Part shown: piece after piece, positions 16,486 through 27,000 of the stretch
Numbering within the stretch: position 1 is the stretch's first letter
How the letters are laid out: every line of letters starts with the position of its first letter
IMG/VR virus record: IMGVR_UViG_3300032320_002087
Span: 1 to 34,663 of that record
Strand: one strand, 5' to 3'
Source of the DNA: a virus
Lineage: Duplodnaviria > Caudoviricetes
DNA: 34,663 nt
Made by a program: the position numbers and the translations under genes
Notes under the pieces: generated by a model
The model's input: the letters and a program-made list of their open reading frames with translations, nothing else
What the model was told of the DNA's origin: nothing
Databases searched by the model: none

Positions 16486-17520
16486 GCCACCTACTCCGCC
16501 GTTGTCAGCACCACCACCACCACCGCCTGTGTTTGCACCACCTGCCCCGCCTTTGCCTTGACCAGGCGCAGGTTGGCCAGTATTCAATGATTGACCACCA
16601 CCACGGCCTCGATAGCCGTCACCTGGTCTATTAGGGTAAGGACCTGCATGATGTACAGATCCACCACCGCCGCCGCCAATACCACCGTTGCAGTGGCCGC
16701 CACCGTGATGAGCTCCGCCTGCTCCGCCGCCGCCAAAATACAGTACGCCGCCGAGTATGTCTGTTGCTGCTCCGGCACCACCATTACATTCTTGAATAGG
16801 AGAAGTTCTCGCATCTGGACAAGTATATCCCACACCACCTGCTCCCCCTCCTCCTCCGCCCCAGTGACAATTATCTCCGCTGGTATTAAATCTTTTTCCG
16901 CTACCGCCTGGAAATCCTTGTCCAGTGGTTCCAAAACCAGGATCTATCGGGCCTCGTGATCCGTCGGTATCGCCGTTACCTCCACCGCCACCAGATGCTC
17001 CATCTTGTCCTGCACCGTTGTTCCAACGACCGCCTTGCCCTCCACCGATGGCAGTTAATGGACCAAACGCTGAACTTTGACCATTACCGTCACCGCCTCC
17101 ATTGCCTACTGTTACGCCGTATGGTGTTCCTGAAGTTACTGGAAATGAGCTTTGATAGACAAAACCACCACCACCACCACCGCCACGCCAGCTGCTGTTT
17201 TCAGATCCTCCTCCTCCTCCTACTACCAGAACCTGTACTGATCCAGTGAATGCAGGAGTAAATGTTCCGCCAGATGTAAACATATGAACAATTCCAGCAT
17301 TGCTATAGTTAATTTCATTGCCACCTGTGCCAATGGTTCCTTGACTATATCCTGTAATTGGTCTCCAGTTAATGCCGTCCCAAAATTCCAATAATGCTGT
17401 TCCAGCAGTGTTGTTATACCGTATCATCCCGACTGCAGGAGTGGGTCTAGTTGAATTGTCACCGGACGGTAATGTGAGCCTATCAGTGGTGTTAAATGTC
17501 GTGGTTTGTAAATTTGCCAT
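16459..17520 (-). CDS. Glycine-rich tail fibre/adhesin-like protein 1
   Basis: N-terminal LPSG..TRP..GMIRYN..LEFWDG.W fibre module, VLVVGGGGG, many poly-Gly runs and a C-terminal GGSGVVIVRY. AAGGA RBS. Confidence 0.8.
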   Translation of the reverse strand: MANLQTTTFNTTDRLTLPSGDNSTRPTPAVGMIRYNNTAGTALLEFWDGINWRPITGYSQGTIGTGGNEINYSNAGIVHMFTSGGTFTPAFTGSVQVLVVGGGGGSENSSWRGGGGGGGFVYQSSFPVTSGTPYGVTVGNGGGDGNGQSSAFGPLTAIGGGQGGRWNNGAGQDGASGGGGGNGDTDGSRGPIDPGFGTTGQGFPGGSGKRFNTSGDNCHWGGGGGGAGGVGYTCPDARTSPIQECNGGAGAATDILGGVLYFGGGGAGGAHHGGGHCNGGIGGGGGGSVHHAGPYPNRPGDGYRGRGGGQSLNTGQPAPGQGKGGAGGANTGGGGGGADNGGVGGSGVVIVRY

Positions 17521-17534
17521 TTATTTCTTATTCC

Positions 17535-18632
17535 TTAATATCGTACAACAACTATTCCGGATCCACCAGTTTGATTGCCCGGGCCTCCAGCATTTCCGCC
17601 ACCACCACCGCCACCTGTGTTTGCACCTGCATTACCACCTTGAGTCTGTCCCGGTGCTGGCTGTCCGTTGTTTAGTCCGCGGCCGCCGCCTAGTCCTTGA
17701 TTAAAACGTGGGTTTGATCCCCTTAACGGTGATCCGTGATGACATCCGCCACCGCCACCACCTCCAACTCCACCTGCTCCGCCTCCAGCAGGCATATGGT
17801 GTGGCCCACCACCACCTCCGCCAGCAAAATAATATATGTCTCCTAGCATGTCTGATGCTAGCCCAGGACCACCGTCTGGTGCAAAATGTTCATATCTTTC
17901 ATCACTGGCATCCATTCCTGGACCGCCTGCTCCACCTCCACCGCCGCTGGCGTGTTGATTGTCGCCTTGACGATTGAATCTACGACCAGTACCTCCTGGA
18001 TAGCCTTGACCTGTGGTTCCGTAGCCACCAAGTACACAATATCTATTACCGTCTGCACTTGATGAGCCTGCGCCACCACCCGAGCCGCCCGAACCAGCTT
18101 GGCTGGCACTGTCCCAAATGCCACCACCACCGCCACCACTGGCAGTGGTTCCGCCAAACGCTGAATTTCCGCCTGAAGCAGCAAATTGGCTGTAGTTACT
18201 ACCAATTGCTCCGCCACCTACAGTCACTGGATAAGGAGTTCCGGCTATTACAGGAAATGAATTGTTTATTATAACACCACCTCCACCTCCACCACCACCG
18301 TGACTGCCTGCTCCACCCCCACCACCTGCAACAATCAGGACTCGAACGTTGCCTGTGAATGCGGGAGTAAATGTGTGATTACCAACTGAAGTAAATGAAT
18401 GTACTACCGCACTGCGTCTAAAATTTATACTTTGTCCACCTGTACCAATAGTTCCTTGGCTGTATCCTGTGATTGGTTGCCATGTACTTCCACTATACCA
18501 TTCTAGTATATTCATTGAGGTATTAAATCTCATCATGCCGATAACAGGAGAACCAGGCCGCTGTGCAGTGGTTCCGTTGGGTAATGTTACAAATCCTGTA
18601 TCGTTAAAAGTTGTAGTTTGTAGGGTTGCCAT
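17535..18632 (-). CDS. Glycine-rich tail fibre/adhesin-like protein 2
   Basis: LPNGTTAQRP..GMMRFN..LEWYSG.W, VLIVAGGGGG and GGSGIVVVRY. Paralogue of its neighbours. Confidence 0.8.
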   Translation of the reverse strand: MATLQTTTFNDTGFVTLPNGTTAQRPGSPVIGMMRFNTSMNILEWYSGSTWQPITGYSQGTIGTGGQSINFRRSAVVHSFTSVGNHTFTPAFTGNVRVLIVAGGGGGAGSHGGGGGGGGVIINNSFPVIAGTPYPVTVGGGAIGSNYSQFAASGGNSAFGGTTASGGGGGGIWDSASQAGSGGSGGGAGSSSADGNRYCVLGGYGTTGQGYPGGTGRRFNRQGDNQHASGGGGGAGGPGMDASDERYEHFAPDGGPGLASDMLGDIYYFAGGGGGGPHHMPAGGGAGGVGGGGGGGCHHGSPLRGSNPRFNQGLGGGRGLNNGQPAPGQTQGGNAGANTGGGGGGGNAGGPGNQTGGSGIVVVRY

Positions 18633-18634
18633 GA

Positions 18635-19750
18635 TTAGTACCTTATTACGACGATACCGCTGCCGCCTGTGCCGCCTGTGCCGTTGTTTGTTCCGCCACC
18701 GCCAGCTCCTGTGTTAGCACCGGCGTTGCCGCCCTGTCCCGGATTTGGCCCTGTACCGCCGGTGTTCAGTGCTTGACCGCCACCTAGGCCTCCCGAAGAA
18801 TAACTGCTTGGCGGTCTACGAGGTTGACCATGTGACACTGTTGCGCCTCCACCTCCTCCGATACCGCCCGATGCTGCACGTCCAAATTGACCGTGATGTT
18901 GTGCGCCACCGCCGCCTGCGCCCCAATATAGAACCTGTCCAAGTATGTTACTGGCCATTCCTGGACCACCATCACCTACTTTTCCGTCATAGCAGTGATC
19001 TGATGCACACATGCCGGATCCGCCTGCTCCACCGCCACCTCCGGCAGCATGTAAATTTTCGCCTTGTTGATTAAAACGTATCCCTGAACCACCAGGAAAT
19101 CCCTGTCCAGAAACACCGTTTGCTGGGAAATTTCTGTGTCTATTATCAGCTACACCACCGCCGTCGCCTGATGTAGCTGCTCCGCCGCCTGATCCGCCAG
19201 GCACTGAACCGTTACCGTTGGCATCACCATTCCATGCTCCACCGGCTCCGCCGCCGATTGCAGTTAAACTTGAAAATACTGAATTTCCACCGTTGGGTCC
19301 TCGATTTGGATATGAACCGCTTGGCGCACCACCTGCTACAGTTACTGGGTAAGGAGTTCCTGCTGTTACAGGAAACGAACGTTGATAAATTACTCCACCA
19401 CCACCACCTCCGCCACCATGGTGTGTTCCACCACCGCCTCCACCAGCAACAACTAAAACTTCAATGTTACCTGTGAATGCTGGTGTAAAAGAACTGTTAC
19501 CGACCGAGGTAAATCTGTGTACAATGCCATTATTGGTATACGTGATTAAATCACCGCCTGTACCTACGCCACCTTTACTAAAACCAGTTACTGGTCTCCA
19601 AGCCCCGGTATCGTAAAATTCTAACAAATTCATGCTTGAATTAAATCGTACCATTCCAGCACTAGGCGATGCAGGGCGTTGCGCAGTATTTCCAACGGGT
19701 AATACAATATTTCCTGTGCCGCTAAAGGTGGTATTTTTAAGGGTTGCCAT
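18635..19750 (-). CDS. Glycine-rich tail fibre/adhesin-like protein 3
   Basis: LPVGNTAQRP..GMVRFN..LEFYD..W, VLVVAGGGGG and GGSGIVVIRY. Confidence 0.8.
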   Translation of the reverse strand: MATLKNTTFSGTGNIVLPVGNTAQRPASPSAGMVRFNSSMNLLEFYDTGAWRPVTGFSKGGVGTGGDLITYTNNGIVHRFTSVGNSSFTPAFTGNIEVLVVAGGGGGGTHHGGGGGGGGVIYQRSFPVTAGTPYPVTVAGGAPSGSYPNRGPNGGNSVFSSLTAIGGGAGGAWNGDANGNGSVPGGSGGGAATSGDGGGVADNRHRNFPANGVSGQGFPGGSGIRFNQQGENLHAAGGGGGAGGSGMCASDHCYDGKVGDGGPGMASNILGQVLYWGAGGGGAQHHGQFGRAASGGIGGGGGATVSHGQPRRPPSSYSSGGLGGGQALNTGGTGPNPGQGGNAGANTGAGGGGTNNGTGGTGGSGIVVIRY

Positions 19751-19751
19751 A

Positions 19752-20732
19752 TTATTTTCTCTTCAATTCTGTAATTTCTTGATTTAAAGATTTAATTGCT
19801 TCTAACAGATATGCACTTAACTTTGTATATTTAATACCGTGTGGTTTTCCGTCGGCATCCAAACTAACCAAGTCTGGTATAATTTTGTAAACCTGTTCTG
19901 CAATTAGTCCCGCTTCATGTTCTTTGTTGTCTTTGCGATCATACGTAACACCTGCTAGTTGCATGATCAACGCCAATGCGTTTTCAATAGGATTAACATT
20001 TTCTTTAAACACAATACTAGAAGTTTCAACCAATGTGGTTGCTGTAAGTTGTCCTGATATACCAACACCGCCAGTAACAACCAGTGTACCTGTAGCAGTA
20101 GTTGAAGAAGCCACGTTATCTGTCATCAGTACTGATGCTGAAGCTTTAGTTCCAGAACTAGTACCTCTAATTGTAATTGTTGCGCTGTTAGCTGTGCCAC
20201 CGTGAATGTTGGCAAAACTGCCAACAGTTGCTATTAATTCGCCTGTGCTAGGCACAAATGATAAGTTTGCTCTAGCTAATGGTGATAGTGTAGTTGGCAG
20301 TGAGCCAGATGCTGTTCCAAAAAATGGATAATGCACTGTGGCTGTTGATCCAGAATCAGTTACAGCAATATTTCCTCCTGCACTGGCCCAGGATAAAACA
20401 CCACTTCCGTCTGAAGTTAATACCAATCCAGCCGATGCTGCTACTGCTGCGGGCCAAGTAATGGTGTAGTTTGCAGCCATGTTAGCCGCAGCTTGCTGAG
20501 CAATATAGTTGGTGCCGTTGCCTGTGGCTTCTCTGAGTCGAAGATCTCCTTGGTTGGCCAAGGTTAAATCACCAGTGATCAATATGTCAGAGTTGACATT
20601 AGTTACTCCAGTGCCGTTTGGATCTAGAGTAATGTCCTGATTAGTCTGCGATGAGCTCAGTGTAGCAGCACTGGCCTGTATGTTACCAATTTTTTCTAGG
20701 CCTGTGGTTTGCCCGCTGGTTCTTCGTCCCAT
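19752..20732 (-). CDS. Tail fibre protein with C-terminal intramolecular chaperone (peptidase S74-like) domain
   Basis: Thr/Ala/Gly-rich beta-shaft (TGTLVVTGGVGISG), then SSIVFKENVNPIENAL..GVTY..GLIAEQV..P.LV..IKYTKLSAYLLEAIKSL and a coiled-coil end. Confidence 0.85.
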   Translation of the reverse strand: MGRRTSGQTTGLEKIGNIQASAATLSSSQTNQDITLDPNGTGVTNVNSDILITGDLTLANQGDLRLREATGNGTNYIAQQAAANMAANYTITWPAAVAASAGLVLTSDGSGVLSWASAGGNIAVTDSGSTATVHYPFFGTASGSLPTTLSPLARANLSFVPSTGELIATVGSFANIHGGTANSATITIRGTSSGTKASASVLMTDNVASSTTATGTLVVTGGVGISGQLTATTLVETSSIVFKENVNPIENALALIMQLAGVTYDRKDNKEHEAGLIAEQVYKIIPDLVSLDADGKPHGIKYTKLSAYLLEAIKSLNQEITELKRK

Positions 20733-20744
20733 ATTATATCCGCC

Positions 20745-21074
20745 TTATGCTGTTGATGTTTCAATACCGTAGACCACAACACTTAATGTAGGTGTTGCTG
20801 TCGGGGTTTGAACAACTATTAATTCGTTAGCCTTCATTACAATGCCCGTGCGTTCAAGAACTCCGTTTGCAACTAATGATGAGTCGTATTCTATGTATTC
20901 TGCGGGTCCCGGTGTAGCTGATGATGCCACAGCTATCCGTACAGCTGCCGCCGCACTTGAACTGCGATTTACCACATTCACGGAGACTACACTGAATGTG
21001 CTGGCTGGCACTGTGTATACCGTGGTATCTGCTGTGGTTGTAATATTGGCTGTGCCTAGTCTTCCTGTTGCCAT
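20745..21074 (-). CDS. Small putative virion structural protein
   Basis: 109 aa, beta-rich (TTVYTVPA, YIEYD, LERTGIV, VYGIE). GGAG RBS, within the structural operon. Confidence 0.65.
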   Translation of the reverse strand: MATGRLGTANITTTADTTVYTVPASTFSVVSVNVVNRSSSAAAAVRIAVASSATPGPAEYIEYDSSLVANGVLERTGIVMKANELIVVQTPTATPTLSVVVYGIETSTA

Positions 21075-21087
21075 TTTTTATTCTCCG

Positions 21088-24000
21088 TTAATTATTTAAA
21101 AAGTAGTTCCAAGCCACTGGGTAACCTCTTACTCCTGCTTGGAAGTCAAAGGTAGCTTTCATAGCTATGGTGCCGCCTGTGGTAGTAGTTATCTGTGTAC
21201 CTGAAACACTGATAAAACCAGCCACTAAGCTATTTACGTTCAATGCTGCACCACCGCCACCGATCTGTGCAGAAATATATGCTCTAATTGCTCGCTGTGT
21301 GGCTACAACGTTGTCTGAATTAGCTGTTAAGAATGGATCTGTTGAAAATTCAGTGATTGTAGCTGAGTTTCCGCCTAGAGTGATGTTGCCCAAACTTAGT
21401 TCTGCCAAGCCCGCGATATTAAATGCGTCTGCATTCAATGTCGCAACACCAGTACTTTGTTCAATAGTAAACAGTTCGCCAACTCGGAAGTTTCCGTCCT
21501 GGTCAGTACTGGTATAGAACACTCGTCCACCGTTGTTATCCACAGTTTCTCGAGACTGTATAGCAGGTTGTGTAGGCAGTCCTGGATAGTTGGTTTCTAC
21601 AAAGTTACCTGTACCGATGTCTAAGAAATCATGACCAGTTAATCTAACCTGACTGTAACGAATACGTGTGGTTATTGCTGTGCTATCTGCTGGTGCATTA
21701 AACACTGACATTTCAGGCGACAGTTGGAAAAACGCTGATCTTGCGCCGTCTACAGTACCAGATTCTGACAACACCTGGACCAACTTGTAAACAGTATTAG
21801 GTTGTGTGCCGAACACCACGTTGGCACCTGCTCTAGGTGTGCCTGTAAGTCGTTTGACTCCGATAAATCTTCCATTTTGGAAATTATTACCGTATCCGTC
21901 ACCTTGATCTATTTCTACTATAGCTGCATCAAACCCTGTACCTCGATTTTTAAAGCTGACGTTGGCGCATGCTCCGTTGCCTAGTCTTACTAGGGTAGGT
22001 GCTTCATACAAATTGTTAGGATCAGTTATGGTAATAGTTGGAGCAACGCTATAAGTACTTCCTGGATCTGTTACACGTATAGCAAAAATCTTGTTGTCTG
22101 AAACATATGCACGAGCTTTGGCAGTAGCACCTATTACTGCACTAGATGCTGCTGTAGTTGATGCTGAAGGAATAATAGCCCATATACCTGTTTGATTAGG
22201 ATTACCATGCACTGCTTCTAGAGCACCTGTGCCTGATGCACGAGTGATTGCTCGAGTGGTCCATACCACACCATTTTCTGAACTACTCATGTTGTTGCTG
22301 CTGCTTTGTGTGACCACAAATACACCTTGACCATAACGAACACTTGTCGATGTACCAGATCCGATATAACCACTAGAACCAGTTGAGCTCCATGTTACAC
22401 CTTTGTCCACACTCCATGCTGGATTTACTGCACCCGAACTGCTGATGGCTATAAACTTGTTAGCACCATAGGCCACGCTGACCCACGTTGAACTAGCAGG
22501 TAGTGCGCCACCTGCAGTCCATGTTACACCACCGTCTGTGCTGTAACTGGTTGCTGTGCCACCTGTGCTGACTGCTATCCATACACCTTGGCCATAGGTA
22601 ATGCTGGTCCATGTGCCTGCTGCAAGACTTCCGCCTGCGATCCATGATAGGCCGCCGTTGGTTGAGTAACAGGTAACACCTGAGGATCCCAACACTACCC
22701 AACGTGCTGCTCCTGATAAATTGCCGTAGGCCACTGCCACTGCTAATCCGCTCATGCCTCCTGGCAATGAGCCACCAGAGGCCCATGTTACACCGCCATC
22801 TGTTGAATATGCATTAACTGTGGTGCTAGAACTAACTGCTACTAAATGATTAGCAATTGGAGTTGATGTACCAGTGCCCGAACCTGCACCCGTAGCTACA
22901 AAATACTGTCCTACCAAGTTGGCATTAGCACCAATTGAAGTATAAACTGTGTTACCTAGTGTGGTAATTACATAAGATCTACCTACCACAAAAGACCCTG
23001 CAGTTTCTACTGTTGTTAATTTACCTGCAGCTAGCCCTACCCAATTTGAAGTACTAGGCAAGGCTGTGGCATTGGCTGTCCATGTAGTACCGTTAACTGA
23101 AGTGTTGACATCTCGTGAGCCGCTGGCTACCGCAGCAAACTTACCGCCCGAGCCAACTCCTGTATATTCTATAGCAAGAATAGCACCGGTAGTTGAATTT
23201 ACCGCAGTCACAGTCACTGTGATATTGTTGGTAGGTGTTGCTCCGCCTACAGCAGTGCCTAGCAATGTGATGGTATCTAATCTAGCATATCCTGTACCTG
23301 CTGCTTTTAGCACCACTGCTGAATATTTTACACCCTTGCGAACCACTGTGAAGCTGGCAGATGTGCCAGTGCCAGAAGTTGCTGATTGAGTTACTGTGGG
23401 ATACACTACAGATGTAGGTGCATATACAGCGTCTGAATAAGTCTGTGCAGTGGCCAATGTTCTTGATGCGGAGCTATAAGTTGGTGCAGTAAATGTAACT
23501 CTAGGTTCTACCAAATATGTAGAACTAGCATCTGGAGCCACAATAGCAGTTCCTAGAACGATATGATCCCAACCTGCTCCACCAGTGCTTTCTTTGGTCA
23601 CTGTAGCTACTTTTGTTCCTGCAGTGAAACTATCGATGATACCAACCTGTCCTGCACCAGCACCGGAAGTAACGATTAATTTCATTCCTACATAAGCGCC
23701 AGTGATTTCATCATCAGTAGCAGCTAGTGTAAGCTGTGTAGTGGTTCCGCTCTGCGCAGTATTGGCATTGGAAATATATCCAATGCCGCCTATGTTGCCG
23801 TCAACTTCTGGGGCTGTAGCTGAGTCATCAACGTTGTCGATTAATCTAACTTGGAATACCGCACCGTCACGGAAATCATCTTGTTCAACACTGGCTCCAG
23901 CACCACCACCCGACACAGTCCATGTGATCTCGGTATAGTCAGATCCAGCGTTGTCGTATTCGTATTGAAATAACTTATCAATACCGTCTGTGAGTACACT

Positions 24001-27000
24001 ACCAACATCTGCAGTATACGATTTGTTATCTACCTCACATAAAATAGGAGTTTCTGTGACATCAAACCCTTCTGCTACAGATCCAAAATCACCATAGGAA
24101 TTGTTGCCGTTGGTACCGCGAATACGTCCACCCGCTTCTGCAAGATAACCTATGTGTGCATAGTATGAGAACACTGAAACCAACTCAGCTCGACCGTTGT
24201 TGGTTATCCATGCACCAATACCATCGCTGATAATCTGTGTGAAGTCGTTGGAAACGATAGAATCGTTGCCGCCGGCATGCAAGGCACCGTCAATCTTTTG
24301 TCCGATAGCAGCATAGCCAAATGTAGCAACGTTCTGTACATAAGGTGAACGTTTAATGATCCAAGTACGGAAGTCGTTTGGTCCCCAACCTGGATCTAGA
24401 GAACAATATGCACCGGCACTTACCCTAGATGTTCCGTAAGCATTTTCAGCTAACAAATCACCAGTAAGCCCTTGTAATGTTTGATTACGTATGCCGGTGC
24501 CGTTGCGTAGATAATACATGTCTTCTTCAAGACTACCAGTAACACTGTTAGCATAATATCTAGCTGCTAATCTCGACTTGTAGTTGCCAGGGTATTGGAG
24601 ATCAAATTTTAATGCATCAATATATCGACCCACATCTCTTAGACAAGAAGCACTGTCATAGTACAGGCTCACGGTCATAGATCCCGATCCATCAAACGTA
24701 ATATTTAATGCAGTGTTGCTGTCTCTAGTTTCAGAAATTTTAAATGTTGTTGAGCTTACCACATTCTGTATGTAATAAGTTGTGCCAACAGTTATGCCAC
24801 CAAACGCTGTGCCTGTGAATCTAATAGCTGCATTTCTTTGCATCCAACTGGTGCTTGAACAAGTGAATAAATCTGTAATAGCTGTGGCAGCGGTCACTGT
24901 GGTAGTATAAGTTGCGCCGATATAAGCTGAAATTTCTGCTGTGATATATGATCTGTTGCGTTCTAACTGCAATCTTGCCCAATCTGCAGAACGTATGCTG
25001 GTTTGACAGACTGAACCTTCGTTGGTAGCGCCGTAGACAATGTCATCTAATGTAGTCATTAGTGTGTCAATACGTGCCTGTGCTGTGGCATTGCCGCCAA
25101 CGTTGGCACGGGCCTGCGTTCTAGCATATTCAAATGAAGCACGAGTAGCTGCTTTCTGATTTAAACTAAACACATCGCTGGCTGAGGCTCTCAGATAAGA
25201 GTAAGCTGCTGTACGTGTTAGACTGTTGCTGTTGAACATGAAGTCAAACATCACGGCTTCAAGAATCAATCTCACATCACGTTGGCATTTTGCTGAATTG
25301 TATACCAATGTTGGATAGTTTGTGGAAATAAATGTTGTGGTATTTGTTACAATGGTTTCCTGAGCAGCATCTAGAGTCACTGCGGCTGCAATCAACGCTG
25401 TAGTAGATGTTACTGCGTTGGTCGCTGTTGGATAATTTATTGTTTCTAGATCTATGTCAAGGCCAGTGCCGTTGGTAAATGAAGCCAATACTGATCCGCC
25501 ATATGTGGCAGCAAGTTGGAATGTATTTGTGGTAACTGTTCCTACTACCCAATATTTTGTTCCGTTTACAAGTCCGTTAGCAGTGATTCTTGGAACCACA
25601 GCATCACCTACTTCTAATCCATGAGAGTTAGATGTTAGTGTGTTTAATGTAGCTATAGTAGTAACATTAATCTGTGGAGTGTTTCCTTCTGTACTATCAC
25701 CTTGTATGATGTTGGTGATAATGTCTACCAATGCTCCTACAGTAGCACTAGCAGCTGATCCGCCTGCGAGATTTGTACTATCTGTCCACTGAGTTGCTGA
25801 ATTACCTGCAGATCTAGTCACTGTGGTATTAATGATAATCTGCTGGATCACAGTTTTCATTCTAGCATATGCTGCCACTGTGGCTGCGATTTCTGTGCTG
25901 TCGATCTGTAGTGCTGTGCTGTTGTCACCGTCAAAGTAGGCTAGACCTGCTGTTTGAGTAGCCAAGCTACCGCCGTAGGTTAAATCGTAACCTATAGCAT
26001 CAATGATGAATCCAACATCACGTTTGCACTTGGTTTTGCTATATTTTACTGAACTATAATTCACTGTCAAAAATGCAGTAATTTCTTGTTTGATAAATTC
26101 TTTGTTTTCACGCAACAATGTTCTAGCATCGCCGAATCCTGTCAAGAATGCAGAGTTATATCCTGTGGGATTTGCAGAACTTTCCATATAGGTAGTTCCG
26201 ATCTTGAAATCGATCTGGTGTTGCATTGCTCTGACTAATCTCTTGATATCTGTTTGTTCGGTTGAACTTGCCAACGGAAACGCTGAACTTTGAATAGCAG
26301 TATTTCCTGAGCTTTCTGTAACATTAGTTCCAACAATGATATCCCCTACCACTGATTCTAATCTAGTCAATGCTTCTAGACTGTACTTGGCATCTGACAT
26401 ATTTGTTAGGCTGCCGGCTGGCCCAGCATTCACTGAACGCTTTTCGTCACCTACTAGTGCTGTTTCAACTGGTACAATAATAGGCAATGTTTCTCTATAC
26501 TGTCCGGTTTTAATATTAATTGTATTGTTTGGAACAATACGTTCTGGAAGATTGTCTGTAACTAGGTCAGTGAGTGCAGTTATAACGATGTCTAACAAAG
26601 TACCTGCGGTTGTGATAGTTCCAGATTCAGCCACATAGTCGGTGTCGATATATTGTGTGACCACAGCTGTGGAATCTAAGGCAAACGTTTGATACACAGT
26701 AGTTGGTACTTCGTTGGCTAACACATCTGCTACTAACAATTTTAATTGTTCATAAGCTGCAACACCTTCGTCTGCTTCTGCAGCCAGTGTCACATATGGT
26801 GAGTCTTCTTCTGGTGCTGAGAATTCTCCATCTTCGCCAAATGCTCCTAGTAAACTAAAAGCTGCGGCACGTATTTTTAAATTACCGCCATGCCCTAGAT
26901 CCCAGATTAATCTATCAATGATAAATCCAACATCTCTCTCACACTTGTACTCGTCGTAATCAAAGACAGATGTAAATGGTGAGATGTTGTTGGTAATTTG

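Noticed and set aside
16584-19476. Arg/His-rich ORFs on the plus strand and alternative frames across the Gly-rich genes
   Set aside because: They are by-products of GGN codon runs, which lack stops in other frames.
16459-19750. CCA/CCG/CCT trinucleotide runs as microsatellites, CRISPR repeats or DGR template/variable repeats
   Set aside because: They are explained by poly-Gly codons on the minus strand. I saw no fixed repeat-spacer period, no near-identical repeat pair differing at adenines and no reverse transcriptase.
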